NCBI RefSeq assembly: GCF_006345805.1
Contig: NC_043017.1
Location: 3,410,001-3,474,000, forward strand
DNA from: Octopus sinensis
Lineage: Eukaryota
Direction: 5' to 3'
Length of the DNA: 64,000 bases
The notes below the pieces were generated by a model. The model searched no databases. It had not been told where the DNA came from and saw nothing but the letters and a program-made list of their open reading frames with translations. This document shows, one piece after another, positions 12,560-24,388 of this stretch (its first letter is position 1; every line of letters starts with the position of its first letter). A program made the position numbers and the translations under genes.

Positions 12560-13355
12560 TTCCAGGCGAGACTTGAAAGACAAGCCTGACATCATGAAGC
12601 GTATTGAGCAATGTGAAGGAAGCTCAAAGCGGACAGTTGTTTTGTCAATCTTTGTATTTTTAATATGTTGTTGTTTTGTGCCATCGAAAAGTTTCCAAGC
12701 AGTCAACACGTCTAACGTATCGGAACCACCTGTGAATCCTTTCAAGATACACGTACAGAATATTAAAACCCTGAAAAGCATGTTTAAAACCCAGTCGGAT
12801 CGTACATGGACAATCCTGAAATCCAGCACTCATCACATTATAACATCCGAAGAACCTGACAGACCAGCTGTGATTATGATGGTTTTACCGACTAAAGAAT
12901 CTGAGCCAATGGCACTTTGTCTAGCCCGACACTTCTCACATGACATCACTAAGGTTCTTGATTGCCATACTGCAACGGCAGCTTCATATCCTGCTATCAA
13001 TGGCGCTGAGTACGTAGAGTATGAAAATGGGGATCAGAAAATAAAACTAGATAATTCCATTCAAAATTTGATTAAATACCACAGATCAATAATAATTAAT
13101 CACTTAGAAAAATTTCACAGCGAAACTGTAATGTATTTTCATGGTCTCTGTGACACAACTGAAGCTATGTACAAGCAAATTGCTGTAGTATTTCTACTGG
13201 AGCCTCCTTATGCTATAAAAAATGAAGCAGAGCTAGCATTATATTTAGAGAAGTTGTGGAGTGACATAGACCATATTAGAATTAAACCTCTTCTTTCACG
13301 GATTGCCAACAATGTCATATTTCTGAATGAAGACAAAAGCTTTGAACACTGTTAG
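12560..13355 (+). CDS. TOR1AIP: Torsin-1A-interacting protein (LAP1/LULL1 family) paralogue a, terminal exon: TM helix plus luminal AAA+-like activator domain
   Basis: Matches the LAP1 luminal domain as recalled: FKTQSDRTW ~ YQGQDEKLW; PAVIMMV ~ PAILLL; ALCLA ~ LRCLS; FHGLCD ~ FYKYCD; LLSRIANNV ~ LWSRISHLV (arginine finger); C-terminal Cys. ATATTACAG acceptor; the ORF-track start at 12504 is probably intronic. Confidence 0.92.
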
Positions 13356-14004
13356 TAAATCTTCCCTTTACATGTGTGTTTAGCTCAGTCAATAAGTTTG
13401 TGATCTACGAATCAATGGTACATATCCTGGCGACAGTTGATAGGCTGTGACTTTCACAAACAAAATTGTTAACTGCTAATCAACTTTACTATAAACAATG
13501 ATCATGGTACATCAAATATATTTGCTGTGACAGGCAAGAGTGTTTGTTAGCTTGTAATGGTTGTAATTATCTCTTCTCTTGGATTTGTAGCCTGGAAAAA
13601 AGATAAGGCTTTCTTGTAAACATCACATGATGTTTAACACTATGTTTTTTTCTTTAATTCAGTGGAAAATTATTAAAATATATTTTTTATAACTGATGTT
13701 TTATGTAATCATTGAAATGGTAAAATATTTTTACCATACTGGAAAAAACAAAAAACAAATAATGTCAGAAATAGCAACCAAATAGCCTTTGAATCCCACC
13801 CTAAGGGAATAAGTCCTGGGGTCAATTTGCTCGACTAAAGGCGTTGCTCCAGCATGGCTGTAGTCAAATGATTGAAACAAGTAAAAGGATAAAGAGTAAG
13901 TGTAACAAGGAGTAAAGGGAAAAAAGAATTAATTTGACCAAGAATAATTAAGAAGTACATTTCCTGTGATATACTTAGAGACCTGAATTTTGACTTTGAT
14001 ACGG

Positions 14005-15933
14005 TTATTCTTGAGTTTGTGTACATATGTGTGTAGCTAAGTTACTTTTTTGAGAGAATGATATGCCACAAATATCACAATTATATGGTTTCTCTCCTGT
14101 ATGAATGTATTTGTGTCTAGTTAAGTGACTGATCTGCGAGAATGATTTACCACAAATATCGCAGAGATATGGCTTCTCACCCGTATGAATATTTCTGTGT
14201 CTAGCTAAATGGTCGTTTAGAGAGAAGGATTTACCACAGATATCACAGTGATGTGGTTTGTCACTTGTATGGATTTGTTTGTGCCGAATTAATTCACCAT
14301 TTTGAGAGAATGATTTACCACAGATACTACAGCAGTATGGCTTCTCTCCTGTATGAATACGCTTATGTCTAATTAAGTGATTATTTTGAGAGAATGATTT
14401 ATCACAGACGTCGCAATGATACGGCTTCTCTCCTGAATGAATGCGTTTGTGTGCAGTTAGGGTATCTTTTTGAGAGAATGATTTACTACAGATATCACAG
14501 CGATATGGTTTCTCCCCTGTGTGAATGCGTATGTGAGTAGTTAAAGTATACGGATGAGAGAAAGCTTTGCCACAGATGACGCAGTGATACGGCTTCTCTC
14601 CTGTGTGAATATGTTTGTGTATAGTTAGCTGACTTGTTTGACAAAAAGATTTACCACAGATATCACAACAATACGGTTTCTCTCCCGTATGAATGCGTTT
14701 GTGTCTAGTCAGTGTATGTCCATATGAGAATGATTTACCGCAGATATCGCAGTGATATGGTTTCTCGCCAATGTGATTCCATCTGTGTTTAGTTAAATGA
14801 TCACTTTGAGAGAATGATTTACCACAGATATCACAGCAATAGGGTTTCTCTCCTGTGTGAATGCGTTTGTGTATAGTTAAGCTATGTCCTTGAGAAAATG
14901 ATTTGCCACAAATATCACAGTGATATGGTTTCTCTCCTGTATGGATATGTTTGTGCTTAGCCAAGTGATCATTCTGAGAGAAGGATTTACCACAAATATC
15001 ACAGCAATATGGCTTCTCACCTGTATGAATACGTTTGTGTTTTGTTAAGAGATCATTTCGAGAGAATGATTTACCACAACAATCACAGTGATAGGGTTTC
15101 TCCCCTGTGTGAACACGTTTATGAGAAGTTAATACACCATTTTGAGAGAATGATTTACCACAGATATCACAATGATATGGCTTTTCACCTGTATGAATGC
15201 GTTTGTGTATTGTTAAGTTATGTCCTTGAGAAAAGGATTTACCACAGATATCACAACAATATGGTTTCTCTTCTATATGGTTCCTTTTGTGTTTAGTTAA
15301 ATGATCGTTTTGAGAGAATGATTTACCACAGATATCACAGTGATATGGTTTTTCTCCTGTATGAACGCGTCTATGTACAGTTAAGCTATCCTTCTGAGAA
15401 AATGATTTGCCACAGATATCACAGCTGTATGGCTTCTCTCCAGTATGAATGCGTATGTGAGTAGTTAAATGATCGTTTTGAGAGAATGATTTACCACAGA
15501 TATCACATTGATACGGTTTCTCTCCTGTATGAATTCGTTTGTGTTTAGTTAACAGGTCATTTCGAGAGAATGATTTACCACAAATATCACAGCAAAATGG
15601 CTTTTCTCCTGTGTGAACACGTTTATGAGAAATTAACTCACTATTTTGAGAGAATGATTTACCACAGATATCACAGCTATAGGGTTTCTCTCCTGTATGA
15701 ATACGTTTGTGTCTAGTTACGAGATCATTTCGAGAAAACGTTTTACCACAGATATCACAATGATATGGTTTTTCTCCTGTACGAATATGGTTGTTAATGG
15801 TTTGTGAGAATGACTTCTTAAGGATATCACAGTAGTATAATGCTTTACCTTCCTCAATCTTTATATCATCAGGAAAACTCATTTTTTTAGACTGTATTTT
15901 ACATTTAAGCTTTTCACCTAATTTGCTTTCCAT
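14005..15933 (-). CDS. Tandem C2H2 zinc-finger protein, 642 aa, 20 intact fingers plus a degenerate finger at each end; CDS in one exon
   Basis: Repeats of Y[11 protein letters not shown]5-L-x2-H-x3-H-TGEKP; ATG start; no effector domain seen. Confidence 0.97.
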   Translation of the reverse strand: MESKLGEKLKCKIQSKKMSFPDDIKIEEGKALYYCDILKKSFSQTINNHIRTGEKPYHCDICGKTFSRNDLVTRHKRIHTGEKPYSCDICGKSFSQNSELISHKRVHTGEKPFCCDICGKSFSRNDLLTKHKRIHTGEKPYQCDICGKSFSQNDHLTTHIRIHTGEKPYSCDICGKSFSQKDSLTVHRRVHTGEKPYHCDICGKSFSQNDHLTKHKRNHIEEKPYCCDICGKSFSQGHNLTIHKRIHTGEKPYHCDICGKSFSQNGVLTSHKRVHTGEKPYHCDCCGKSFSRNDLLTKHKRIHTGEKPYCCDICGKSFSQNDHLAKHKHIHTGEKPYHCDICGKSFSQGHSLTIHKRIHTGEKPYCCDICGKSFSQSDHLTKHRWNHIGEKPYHCDICGKSFSYGHTLTRHKRIHTGEKPYCCDICGKSFCQTSQLTIHKHIHTGEKPYHCVICGKAFSHPYTLTTHIRIHTGEKPYRCDICSKSFSQKDTLTAHKRIHSGEKPYHCDVCDKSFSQNNHLIRHKRIHTGEKPYCCSICGKSFSQNGELIRHKQIHTSDKPHHCDICGKSFSLNDHLARHRNIHTGEKPYLCDICGKSFSQISHLTRHKYIHTGEKPYNCDICGISFSQKSNLATHICTQTQE

Positions 15934-16900
15934 AATTTTCCTCCTCCTCTCACAATTTGCAAATGTCTATATCTTTTTTTGTTTTTTTTCTTTATTTCAT
16001 ATATTCCTACATATTTTGGTTACACTGCCATCAATTGTTACCTTTGTCAGTATTTGAAAATACTGGAAACTCTTTTGTTATCCAAGTTTAATTGGAATTC
16101 AAAATCATCCAGATACTCCAGTAGAGAAATTTTGCCATTAATCTCAGTTCAAAGCAAATATTTAGCAGTAATTCTCCCATATAAACAGGGTTACATATCT
16201 GTTCTGCATAACATTTTTCTTTTAATCTCTCAAATAAATATTGATGCACTTCAAGTGAAAAATTCTTTTATTCCACTGTCAGCTGATATTCTGAAATAAT
16301 AAGAGGATAGTATGAATATATATTTCTTTAGTGCCCACAAGGGGCTAAACATAGAGGGGACAAACAAGGACAGACAAAGGGATTAAGTCGATTACATCGT
16401 CTCCTGTGCGAAACTGGTACTTTATTTATCGACTCCGAAAGGATGAAAGGCAAAGTCGACCTCGGCGGAATTTGAACTCAGAACGATGACAACATACAGT
16501 ATATCTATTAAAACATCTTTACGTAATTTTTTTCTTTTTCTTTAGTTTTTTCTGTCTAACAGAACTCATCAAAACAAACAAATATTTTAGAGTTCTATAA
16601 TTTTTATAATGCATCGTCTGATATAAGTGTGTGTGTATGTGTGTTTAAGCCAAAACAGTGCAAGTTATAAAAAATAGTAATAGCACATGCTGATGGTTAG
16701 CACTAATATCTACTATTTCAATATTGGGACAACTTCTTTAGAAAATACCAGATAATAGCATGGCATTCTTTCGATATAACTCGACAAAAATCAAAACATT
16801 TCACTTCGGGTGTTTCCGTGGGTCGTGGAGTATAGATATAACGAAATTATGCCTGCAATGTCGGGGCGACCCTTCGATGTAAGGATCGCCAATGTCGGTA

Positions 16901-17151
16901 CTACTTGAGAACAGTGGTCCCGGTGCGCGCACTCGCATAGTCGCGCATCCGCGCTAGCTAGTCGTGACTAGTCGATCCTACAACGACTACCTAGCGAAGT
17001 AATAAAACACAAAATAATTTTTTTACACAAAGTAAATAATTTTTTAAACAAAGTAAATAACACACAAAAACTCAAAGGATCGACTAGTCATGACTAGCTA
17101 GCGCGAGTACGAGAGTGCGCGCACCGGGACGGAACCACTGTTCTCAAGTAG
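16901..17151. mobile_element. CpG-rich fold-back MITE, copy 1 (interior inverted relative to copies 2 and 3)
   Basis: TIR CTACTTGAGAACAGTGGTCCCGGTGCGCGCACTC... at both ends; left flank GGTA. Confidence 0.9.
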
Positions 17152-17274
17152 AAGCCTTTTTTTATATGTAATTTGCATTGTTTCAGCTTTAAAAAATTAA
17201 CACAAATAAATAGGCAATCCTTCGGTATGAGTAGACGACGTCATTCGAACTACATTATATTAATAATTACTTAC

Positions 17275-17420
17275 ATTTGAGGAGGATGTTATCTGCTCAG
17301 TGCTTCGTGAGGAGTGGGAGGAGGTAAGAGCGAATAGGAAAGTGGCAGAATGTGGTGAAGTTGTCAGAACTTAAGTCATGACTGCTTCCAAGAATGGTTT
17401 TTAGACTTTATGGCGAACGT
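17275..17420 (-). other. Candidate non-coding first exon of the zinc-finger gene
   Basis: CAAAT|GTAAGT donor at 17274; TTATTATTTCAG acceptor near 16291, upstream of the ZNF ATG. Confidence 0.4.
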
Positions 17421-17707
17421 TGATTTACATTAACAGGAAAACGTAACAAAAAATGCTGGGATCTGTTTCTTTAGATAAATCTAAACTGAAGCTGACAAAC
17501 GCAGAGCAGGAAATCAAGAGAATTATTTGAGGAAGCTTTAACAATAAAGTGTCAGGGGAAGTAACTCCATATTTTATATTCGGAAAGATAACATTTTGAT
17601 TGCTCCTCGTCCTTGCTACCATCATCATCATAACCAGCACTGCACGATGCAAGTATCATAGCGGTCAGTGGCGAGAGCGTCATTGGATGTTCAGCTATGA
17701 TGGAATC

Positions 17708-18115
17708 ATCATCATCATCATCATCGTTTAACGTCCGTTTTCCATGCTAGCATGGGTTGGACGGTTCGAGCGTGGTCTGGGAAGCCAGGAGGCTGCACCA
17801 GGCTCCAATATGATCTGCAGTGCTTCTACAGCTGGATGCCCTTCCTAACGGCAACCACTCCGAGAGTGTAGTGGGTGCATTTTACGTGCCACCGTACAGG
17901 TGCCAGGGGAGGCTGGCAACGACCACGATCGGTTGGTGCTTTTTACGCCCCACCGGCACCGAAGCCAGACATGGCGGCGCTGGCATCGGCCACGTACGAT
18001 GGTGCTTTTTTAGGTGCCAGGCTAGGCTGGCAACAGCCACGATCGGTCCAGCACGGAAGCCAGTCGAGGCAGCTCTGGCATCGGCCACGTACAGATGGTG
18101 CTTTTTACGTGCCAC
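17708..18115 (-). mobile_element. RTE LINE 3' UTR / tail copy with internal tandem subrepeats
   Basis: (GAT)n tail and GTCCAACCCATGCTAGCATGGAAAACGGACGTTAAAC; same sequence as the 3' UTR at 39610-39951. Confidence 0.85.
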
Positions 18116-18189
18116 ATTTTATGAAATGAAATATATTTGGAAACATCCACTTCAAGACATTTGAAACTAAGGTCATTTGTCATTAACTT

Positions 18190-18649
18190 CGTTCTAGTAA
18201 AGATCCTATCTCTCCCAAACAAGCAGCATCAAGCAGGCGTTCAAATTTAAGTCGGAATCCAGCCTAAATACATCATCGATGCTCAGGGCAAAACAGTGCA
18301 GAACCAAGTGAGTCTCCTTGTTAAACTCCTCATACAGAAAGGTTGCACTTCTCTCCCAAAGAATTGATTAGTAAGCTTGCCAAGTGAAGTGGTTGAGCTC
18401 TTTCTTTCACTGAGCTGAGAATAACATTATGTCTGACCAAATTAAAGACGTTTTTCATTTTCTTTTTTTTTAAAAGTTAAATTTGCAAACTTAGGCGCAG
18501 TGTGGTAAGTAGCTTGCTTACCAACCACATGGTTCCGGGTTCAGTCCTACTGCATGGCACCTTGGGCAAGTGTTTTCTACTATATAGCCTCGGGCCGACC
18601 AAAGCCTTGTGAATGGATTTGGTAGACGGAAACTGAAAGAAGCCCACCG

Positions 18650-18682
<33 letters not shown>

Positions 18683-19490
18683 ATGTTTGTCCCCCCAACA
18701 TCACTTGACAACTGATAGTGGTGTGTTTACGTCCCCATCGTTTAGCAGTTCAGCAAGAGAGACCAATAGAATAAGTACTAGGCTTACACAGAATAAGCCC
18801 TGGGGCTGATTTGCTCAACTAAAGGTGGTGCTCCAGTATGGCTGCAGTCAAATGACTGAAACAAATAAAAGAGTAAAATACCTTAGAATCTTCAGCAAGA
18901 ATGCTTACAAATGTCCTTGCATTTCAGTTTTGTGCCAACCCTAAACAGAGCAAGTACAAATTCCAAAGTGATATTGTGTGATATCAGTTACAAACACACT
19001 TTCAAAGCAATGTGTCTCAAATAATAGCCATCTGCTACGAGTCAGAGATCAACCATTAGACCATGACAACCCTCAGCACCAAAGATCAGAGGACGTGTAT
19101 ATGAGAGGATAATCTCAAGAAAACTCGTTCCTGAACTGTGCAAGACATTCCAAAAGCTAAGGTTCAGTGCAATGCATAAAGCTTGATTGCATGCAGAAAG
19201 ATTCTTCAGGTGCTCAGTTTTGCATTTGCTGTTGTTCTGTAGCAGGCATCTTGTATTCATTAGTAAGAATGATGTTGGTGTTGGTGTGATGGGTGGTTTG
19301 GTGGAAGTGGTAGCCAACAGGGGTCCATCAATTGTGGCAGTCTTGTGTGCAAGGGTACGTAACTCACCTTTGTCCGTAGCCATGACAACCATTGCACTAT
19401 TTCCTGTGTCACACTTAAAAAAATGTTGTTGCTCAACCACTGCAGTTTGTACTGCGTCTGCATATGACTTCTGTCTGCCTAAATCGCTTC
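18190..19490 (-). mobile_element. CRE-like non-LTR retrotransposon RT relic, interrupted by a SINE A
   Basis: Colinear motifs RPLIFGA, FRVGTKLKC, GV*QGDSLGSALF and SIDDVFRL..CLDAACLG resemble CRE-type RT motifs. Confidence 0.55.
18492..18878 (+). mobile_element. Full-length SINE family A
   Basis: Head, TA tract and tail. Confidence 0.9.
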
Positions 19491-19496
19491 ACTGAC

Positions 19497-20270
19497 ACCT
19501 GCATGTGAGTGGAAAAGTCAGCAAATTGGGTCAATGGGTTCCTCACAAACTTTCCAAGTCTAATCACACGCAGAGAGTGAATGTGAGCTCTTCCTTGCTG
19601 CTACATCTCATGAATGAACCTTTTTGGGCTGAATAGTGACGAGAAATGGGTTCTCAATAAAAATGTCAAGTGCCGAAGACAGTGGGCAGGGAAAGGAGAA
19701 ACACAGGCAACCGAGGCTGAAGAAGGCCTTCACCCATGTAAAGTGTTATCTGTTTGGTGGGATATGGAAGGTTTAGTCCACTTTGAACTTTTAAACCCAA
19801 GCCAATCAATAACAAATGAGATCTAATGCGAGCAGCTGCAGTGGCTTAAGTCAGTTCTTAGAAAAAGAAAAACAACCAGGTTTGGTTTTAAGACAAAAGG
19901 CGTTCTTCCATTAGGATAATGCTCAGCCACATACAGTGAGGATGACATTCCAAAGGCTGGAGCAGTTTGAATAGGAAACAATGCCCCACCCACCACATAC
20001 GCCACACATTGCCCCATCTGATTATCATTTATTCTGCAGTCTTCAAATGAATTCTGTAGACAAAGTCAGAATAGAACTGGAGGAGTACTTTCCCTTACAG
20101 ACAAGTGAATTTTGGAAGAGGAGCCTTGAAAGTCTACCAGACAGATGGCAGAACATTGAAGAAAATAAAGGAAACTATAATTTAGATGGAAAAAGAACTT
20201 CAATCTTAATTTTGAAAAATTAAAGCATAATAATAGTATAAAAAAATCACATTTATGGGAGGACCCAATA
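19497..20270 (+). mobile_element. Mariner (DD34D) transposase pseudogene, 5'-truncated, with 3' terminus
   Basis: KLGQWVPHKL, DEKW, LHPCKVLSVWWD, DNAQPH and PHIAPSDYHLF motifs with frameshifts; ends GGACCCAATA|TA. Confidence 0.92.
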
Positions 20271-20344
20271 TATATACATACATAATTTACAATTTACATG
20301 TTTTCATATATATGTTTATTGCTTACATATTAGGATAACAGCAA

Positions 20345-21514
20345 TTACAAACAGTTTGTAAAACTTTTATCTTGGTTCAAAAATATTACATTGTTGGCAA
20401 TCCGTGAAAGAAGAGGTTTAATTTTAATACGGTTCATGTCACTCCACAAACTCTCTAAATATAATGCTAGCTCTTCTTCACTTTTTATTGCATAAGGAGA
20501 CTCCAGTAGAAATATAATAGCAATCCGTTTGTGCTCAGCTTCAGTTGTGTCACAAAGGCCATGGAAAAGCATCACAGTTTGGCTGTGAAACTTCTCCAAG
20601 TTAGTAATTATCACAGATTTCCATTGTTTAATAATATCTTGTATGGAATTATCCAGTTTTAATTTTTGATCACTAATTTCATAGTTTATAAAATTGGTAC
20701 CGTTAACAAAAGGGTATGAAACAGCTGCTGTGGGTTGCCCCTTAAGAATTTTGTTGAGATCATGTGACAAGTGTTGAGCTAGACAAAGTGCCATAAGTTG
20801 ATATTCTTTGTTTGGTAAAACCATCATAATCACAGCTGGTCTATCAGGCTCTTCTGCTGCTATGATGTGGTTCGTACTGGCTTTCAGGATAGCCCAAACA
20901 CGATTCGACTGGGTTCTAAATTTGCCTTTTAGATTGCCAAAATTTATATTTGTAACATCTTCTTTTTGGCCTCCTTTAGACAAACCCAAAAGCATTCCTA
21001 AAGAAAGTAGAATCAGAGTGATTAAGCCAAAAATCCACATACTATTATTTTTATGAGGTTCAGCACTTTCTCTAGACTGAAAACAAACTGTGTTAATGTT
21101 ATTTCTTATATTCTTATTTCTTATGCCTTCATTCCCACCTATGTTTGGCCGCCTTTGTCTCTCACTGTTATATTTTGGGAAACGTTCGCTTTGGGATTGT
21201 TCATTTTTACCTTCTGAGAGATTTGGATAGAGTTTACCTGGGCTATTCGGATACAGTTCTTCGTTAGATTGAGCATTTTTTCTATTTATTATATCTTCGT
21301 TTCTACCTACATTTCGCCTCCTGTCACTGCTATGTTTTAGGGAATCTTCATATGACTTTTTGAGCCTTTCGCTTCGTCTGACAGGAGACGGAAAACGTTC
21401 ACGTTTATCTTCTGAGAGATTTGGATAGAAATTTGTATCAGTTGCATAACCTGGGATATTAGGATATAGTTCTTCGTCAGATTGGGTAGATTCTGCATTT
21501 TTATAATATGCCAT
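20345..21514 (-). CDS. TOR1AIP: Torsin-1A-interacting protein paralogue b, 389 aa, intronless CDS with an extended basic N-terminal domain
   Basis: ATG preceded by an in-frame TGA; TM WIFGLITLILLSLGMLLGL; luminal domain closely similar to paralogue a; LLSRIANNV; ends FTNCL (human LAP1 ends GICL). Confidence 0.95.
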   Translation of the reverse strand: MAYYKNAESTQSDEELYPNIPGYATDTNFYPNLSEDKRERFPSPVRRSERLKKSYEDSLKHSSDRRRNVGRNEDIINRKNAQSNEELYPNSPGKLYPNLSEGKNEQSQSERFPKYNSERQRRPNIGGNEGIRNKNIRNNINTVCFQSRESAEPHKNNSMWIFGLITLILLSLGMLLGLSKGGQKEDVTNINFGNLKGKFRTQSNRVWAILKASTNHIIAAEEPDRPAVIMMVLPNKEYQLMALCLAQHLSHDLNKILKGQPTAAVSYPFVNGTNFINYEISDQKLKLDNSIQDIIKQWKSVIITNLEKFHSQTVMLFHGLCDTTEAEHKRIAIIFLLESPYAIKSEEELALYLESLWSDMNRIKIKPLLSRIANNVIFLNQDKSFTNCL

Positions 21515-22144
21515 AATTTTTCAATTTTCATCTATAACACCGTTCAATCTCACACGATCTTCAAGTGCCTTTGTCAACAAAAAGTTACAACTTGTTTACA
21601 GTCTCACTAAATGCCAAATAAATATTCATAAAAGAGTTTCTTAAAATCAAAGTCACTTCATATAATACATAACATTGTGTCAAACACACTTAATGCAATA
21701 TTTAAAACTATACATTATTAGCCAATGACTAATATTGTTTGAATTTATTTTGGCAAGTATGAGACAATTTTGAAGAAGTTTTGATCTTAATATAACCTTT
21801 TTCAGAGAAGGACAGAGTTCGCATTATTTGTTGAAGTAGTCACAGAAGACTAATGAGTACCCTAATCAGTTTATGAAAACAGAAAAGGCACCACTGAAAC
21901 ACTCCATTCTATAATATAAAATCAACATGGTGTAATTCTCATAGTCACAAATTTCCTTTACCAATCAACAGTAAAATAGCAAATATGTTTTATTGCATCA
22001 ATACATAAGTCTGCAGATATTTATTGAACGATCCTTAGAAATATTTTTTTATTTTAACAAACAAAATGTAAAACAATTGGTAAGGCACTGGGACTTATAT
22101 ATAAAGCTGGATGACAGAAATGAAAGAAGTAGAAGTTATCTCAC

Positions 22145-22255
22145 ATTCTGAATTTAACCCAAACTAAGACTCCGATGCTTTCTTCTTTTCATAAAAGATG
22201 ACCCCCTAGTGAGTGGAATAACGGATGAAATATTCACATTGCATCGATTGATTTC
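22145..22255 (-). other. Candidate 5' UTR exon of TOR1AIP paralogue b
   Basis: T-rich TTTGTTTGCAG acceptor and AAT|GTGAGA donor. Confidence 0.45.
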
Positions 22256-22914
22256 CTGCAAACAAAAAAAAAAAGCAATCAATAATATTGTCATCATAGC
22301 ATTATTAATAATGCTACCATTATTATTATTAAAGTTGGTCGATAAATAAAGTACCAATTTCCAACTGAGAATCGATGTAATCGACTTAATCCCTTTGTCT
22401 GTCCTTGTTTGTCCCCTCTATGTTTAGCCCCTTGTGGCTAAACATAGAAATACATTATTATTATTAGTAGTACCTGTGAATATATTGACATGCCTCATAA
22501 TTTGTTGAGCACTCTTCCGATCACATGTCTGTCAAATTATCATTAAAACAAAGAAAAACCCGAACATTTAGTTTTGCACAATTGCAATGTTAGATGCTTA
22601 AAACGGCGAAAGTAAAGAATACGTACACCCGGTGTTTAAGGTTAGGGTTTTTGTTACCCGGAAAACGGTTGGCATACGAATTCTTTACCTCTGCCGTTTA
22701 TATACACCCGCATCTCATGTTGCTTTTCGAGCATTTTTGTTTCCATATTTGGACGATCTTATACTCATATCGAAATTTAGCCCATATTTATTTCCTACAC
22801 TTTTTTTTTGTTTTTACACCCGTTGCACTATTTCTTTCTTTTTTTCTTCTTCGATTTCGTTTCCGAGTAATAATGTCAACATTAACCGAAAATCTTAAAT
22901 ATATACCATATATA

Positions 22915-22956
<42 letters not shown>

Positions 22957-23475
22957 ACCTATACATACCATATATATATATATGGCATTCCTTCGAGTTG
23001 CATTTATCTTCCTCCGATATACGTCCCTAAAACTAAAGATCACCAGAAAATAACATGAATTATAATATTAATAAATTAAAACAACACAACTTATAATAAT
23101 AATACTGAGGTGTAAAAAGTAGTGCGGAGAAAGTAATTAAAAATAAGCAAAATTAATTAAATATACTTCAGTAAATCCTACATTGTCGCTAAATCTGCTA
23201 GAAATAGCACCTAAATCCCATAAAATTACTGCTATTGTTTAATAAAAATAAAAGGAATCAAACAAGATAATATTGGTTCTACACACCCGTATTCAACAGC
23301 TTCTTAACGGTTGGAACCAATTGTTTACAAATCAAGCTTCTTCCAGGAATTCCAGGTTCACCACTAATTGCATTTGCTGCGGGATTAACTTTTATAACTG
23401 CATCTAAAATAAGTATTTCCTTTTAAAATTAATTCGTTATATATATATATATATATCTATATCTATATCTATATC

Positions 23476-23519
<44 letters not shown>

Positions 23520-23557
23520 CGGTTACTTTAATATTTTAATTCATGTAAATTACGGTA

Positions 23558-23745
23558 CTACTTCAGAACAGAGGTCCCGGTGCGCGCACTCGCGCTAGCT
23601 AGTCATGATTAGTCGATCTTTATTTTGCGTTTTTGTGTTTTATTTACTTTGCTAGGTAGCCGTTGCACGATCGACTAGTCACGACTAGCTAGTGCGGATG
23701 CGCACGTACGCGAGTGCGCGCACCGAGACCACTGTTCTCACGTAG
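23558..23745. mobile_element. CpG-rich fold-back MITE, copy 2
   Basis: GGTA|CTACTTCAGAAC...TTCTCACGTAG|TACC. Confidence 0.9.
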
Positions 23746-24247
23746 TACCATATATATATATATATATGGGTGTACATCCATGCGTTTCCCGCCAGTGTGA
23801 ATGAGCATATGCATATATAGCATGTGTGTATTTTTAGACGTGTATTTGAATATAATTGTGCGCGTATGGGAATGTGCACCTGTGTGTGTGTGCGAATATG
23901 TATACGTGTTCATGCATGGTTGCACCTAAGTGCCAAATGATAGCCGTTATGGGTGCTTGGCTGTTCCAGTGCCTTCGCCTCGCCATCTCAGGCAGAAATG
24001 CCGCGAAAGTACTTGCTTGATTTGTATCAGATCCGTTGATCCACAATTAATGTTCTTAGTTTTGAATTAAAGTTTTGTTTTCCTTCTTTCTTCCTTTCTT
24101 CAGCTTTGGATTTATATTTCAATGAGGAATATCTATGTTAATTAAATATCCTGTAACAATAAATCGATATTTTTTATTGTAAATCCTTAGATCTGTTCAT
24201 TTTCTGGATGAAAAATAATTATTAAAGAAATCAAAACTAAATTTGTA

Positions 24248-24388
24248 TTAGGTTGTCCCAAAAGTTCGTAAACACTTGCGAAAATTGAATTTTTACTCGC
24301 CAAGTACTAACAAAAACAACAAAAATTATTCCTCAAAATAAAGACCATTATTTTCCAAGACTTTCTACGAACTTTTGGGACAACCTTA
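24248..24388. mobile_element. Mariner-derived MITE (MADE-like)
   Basis: TA|TTAGGTTGTCCCAAAAGTTCGTA...TACGAACTTTTGGGACAACCTTA|TA. Confidence 0.9.
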
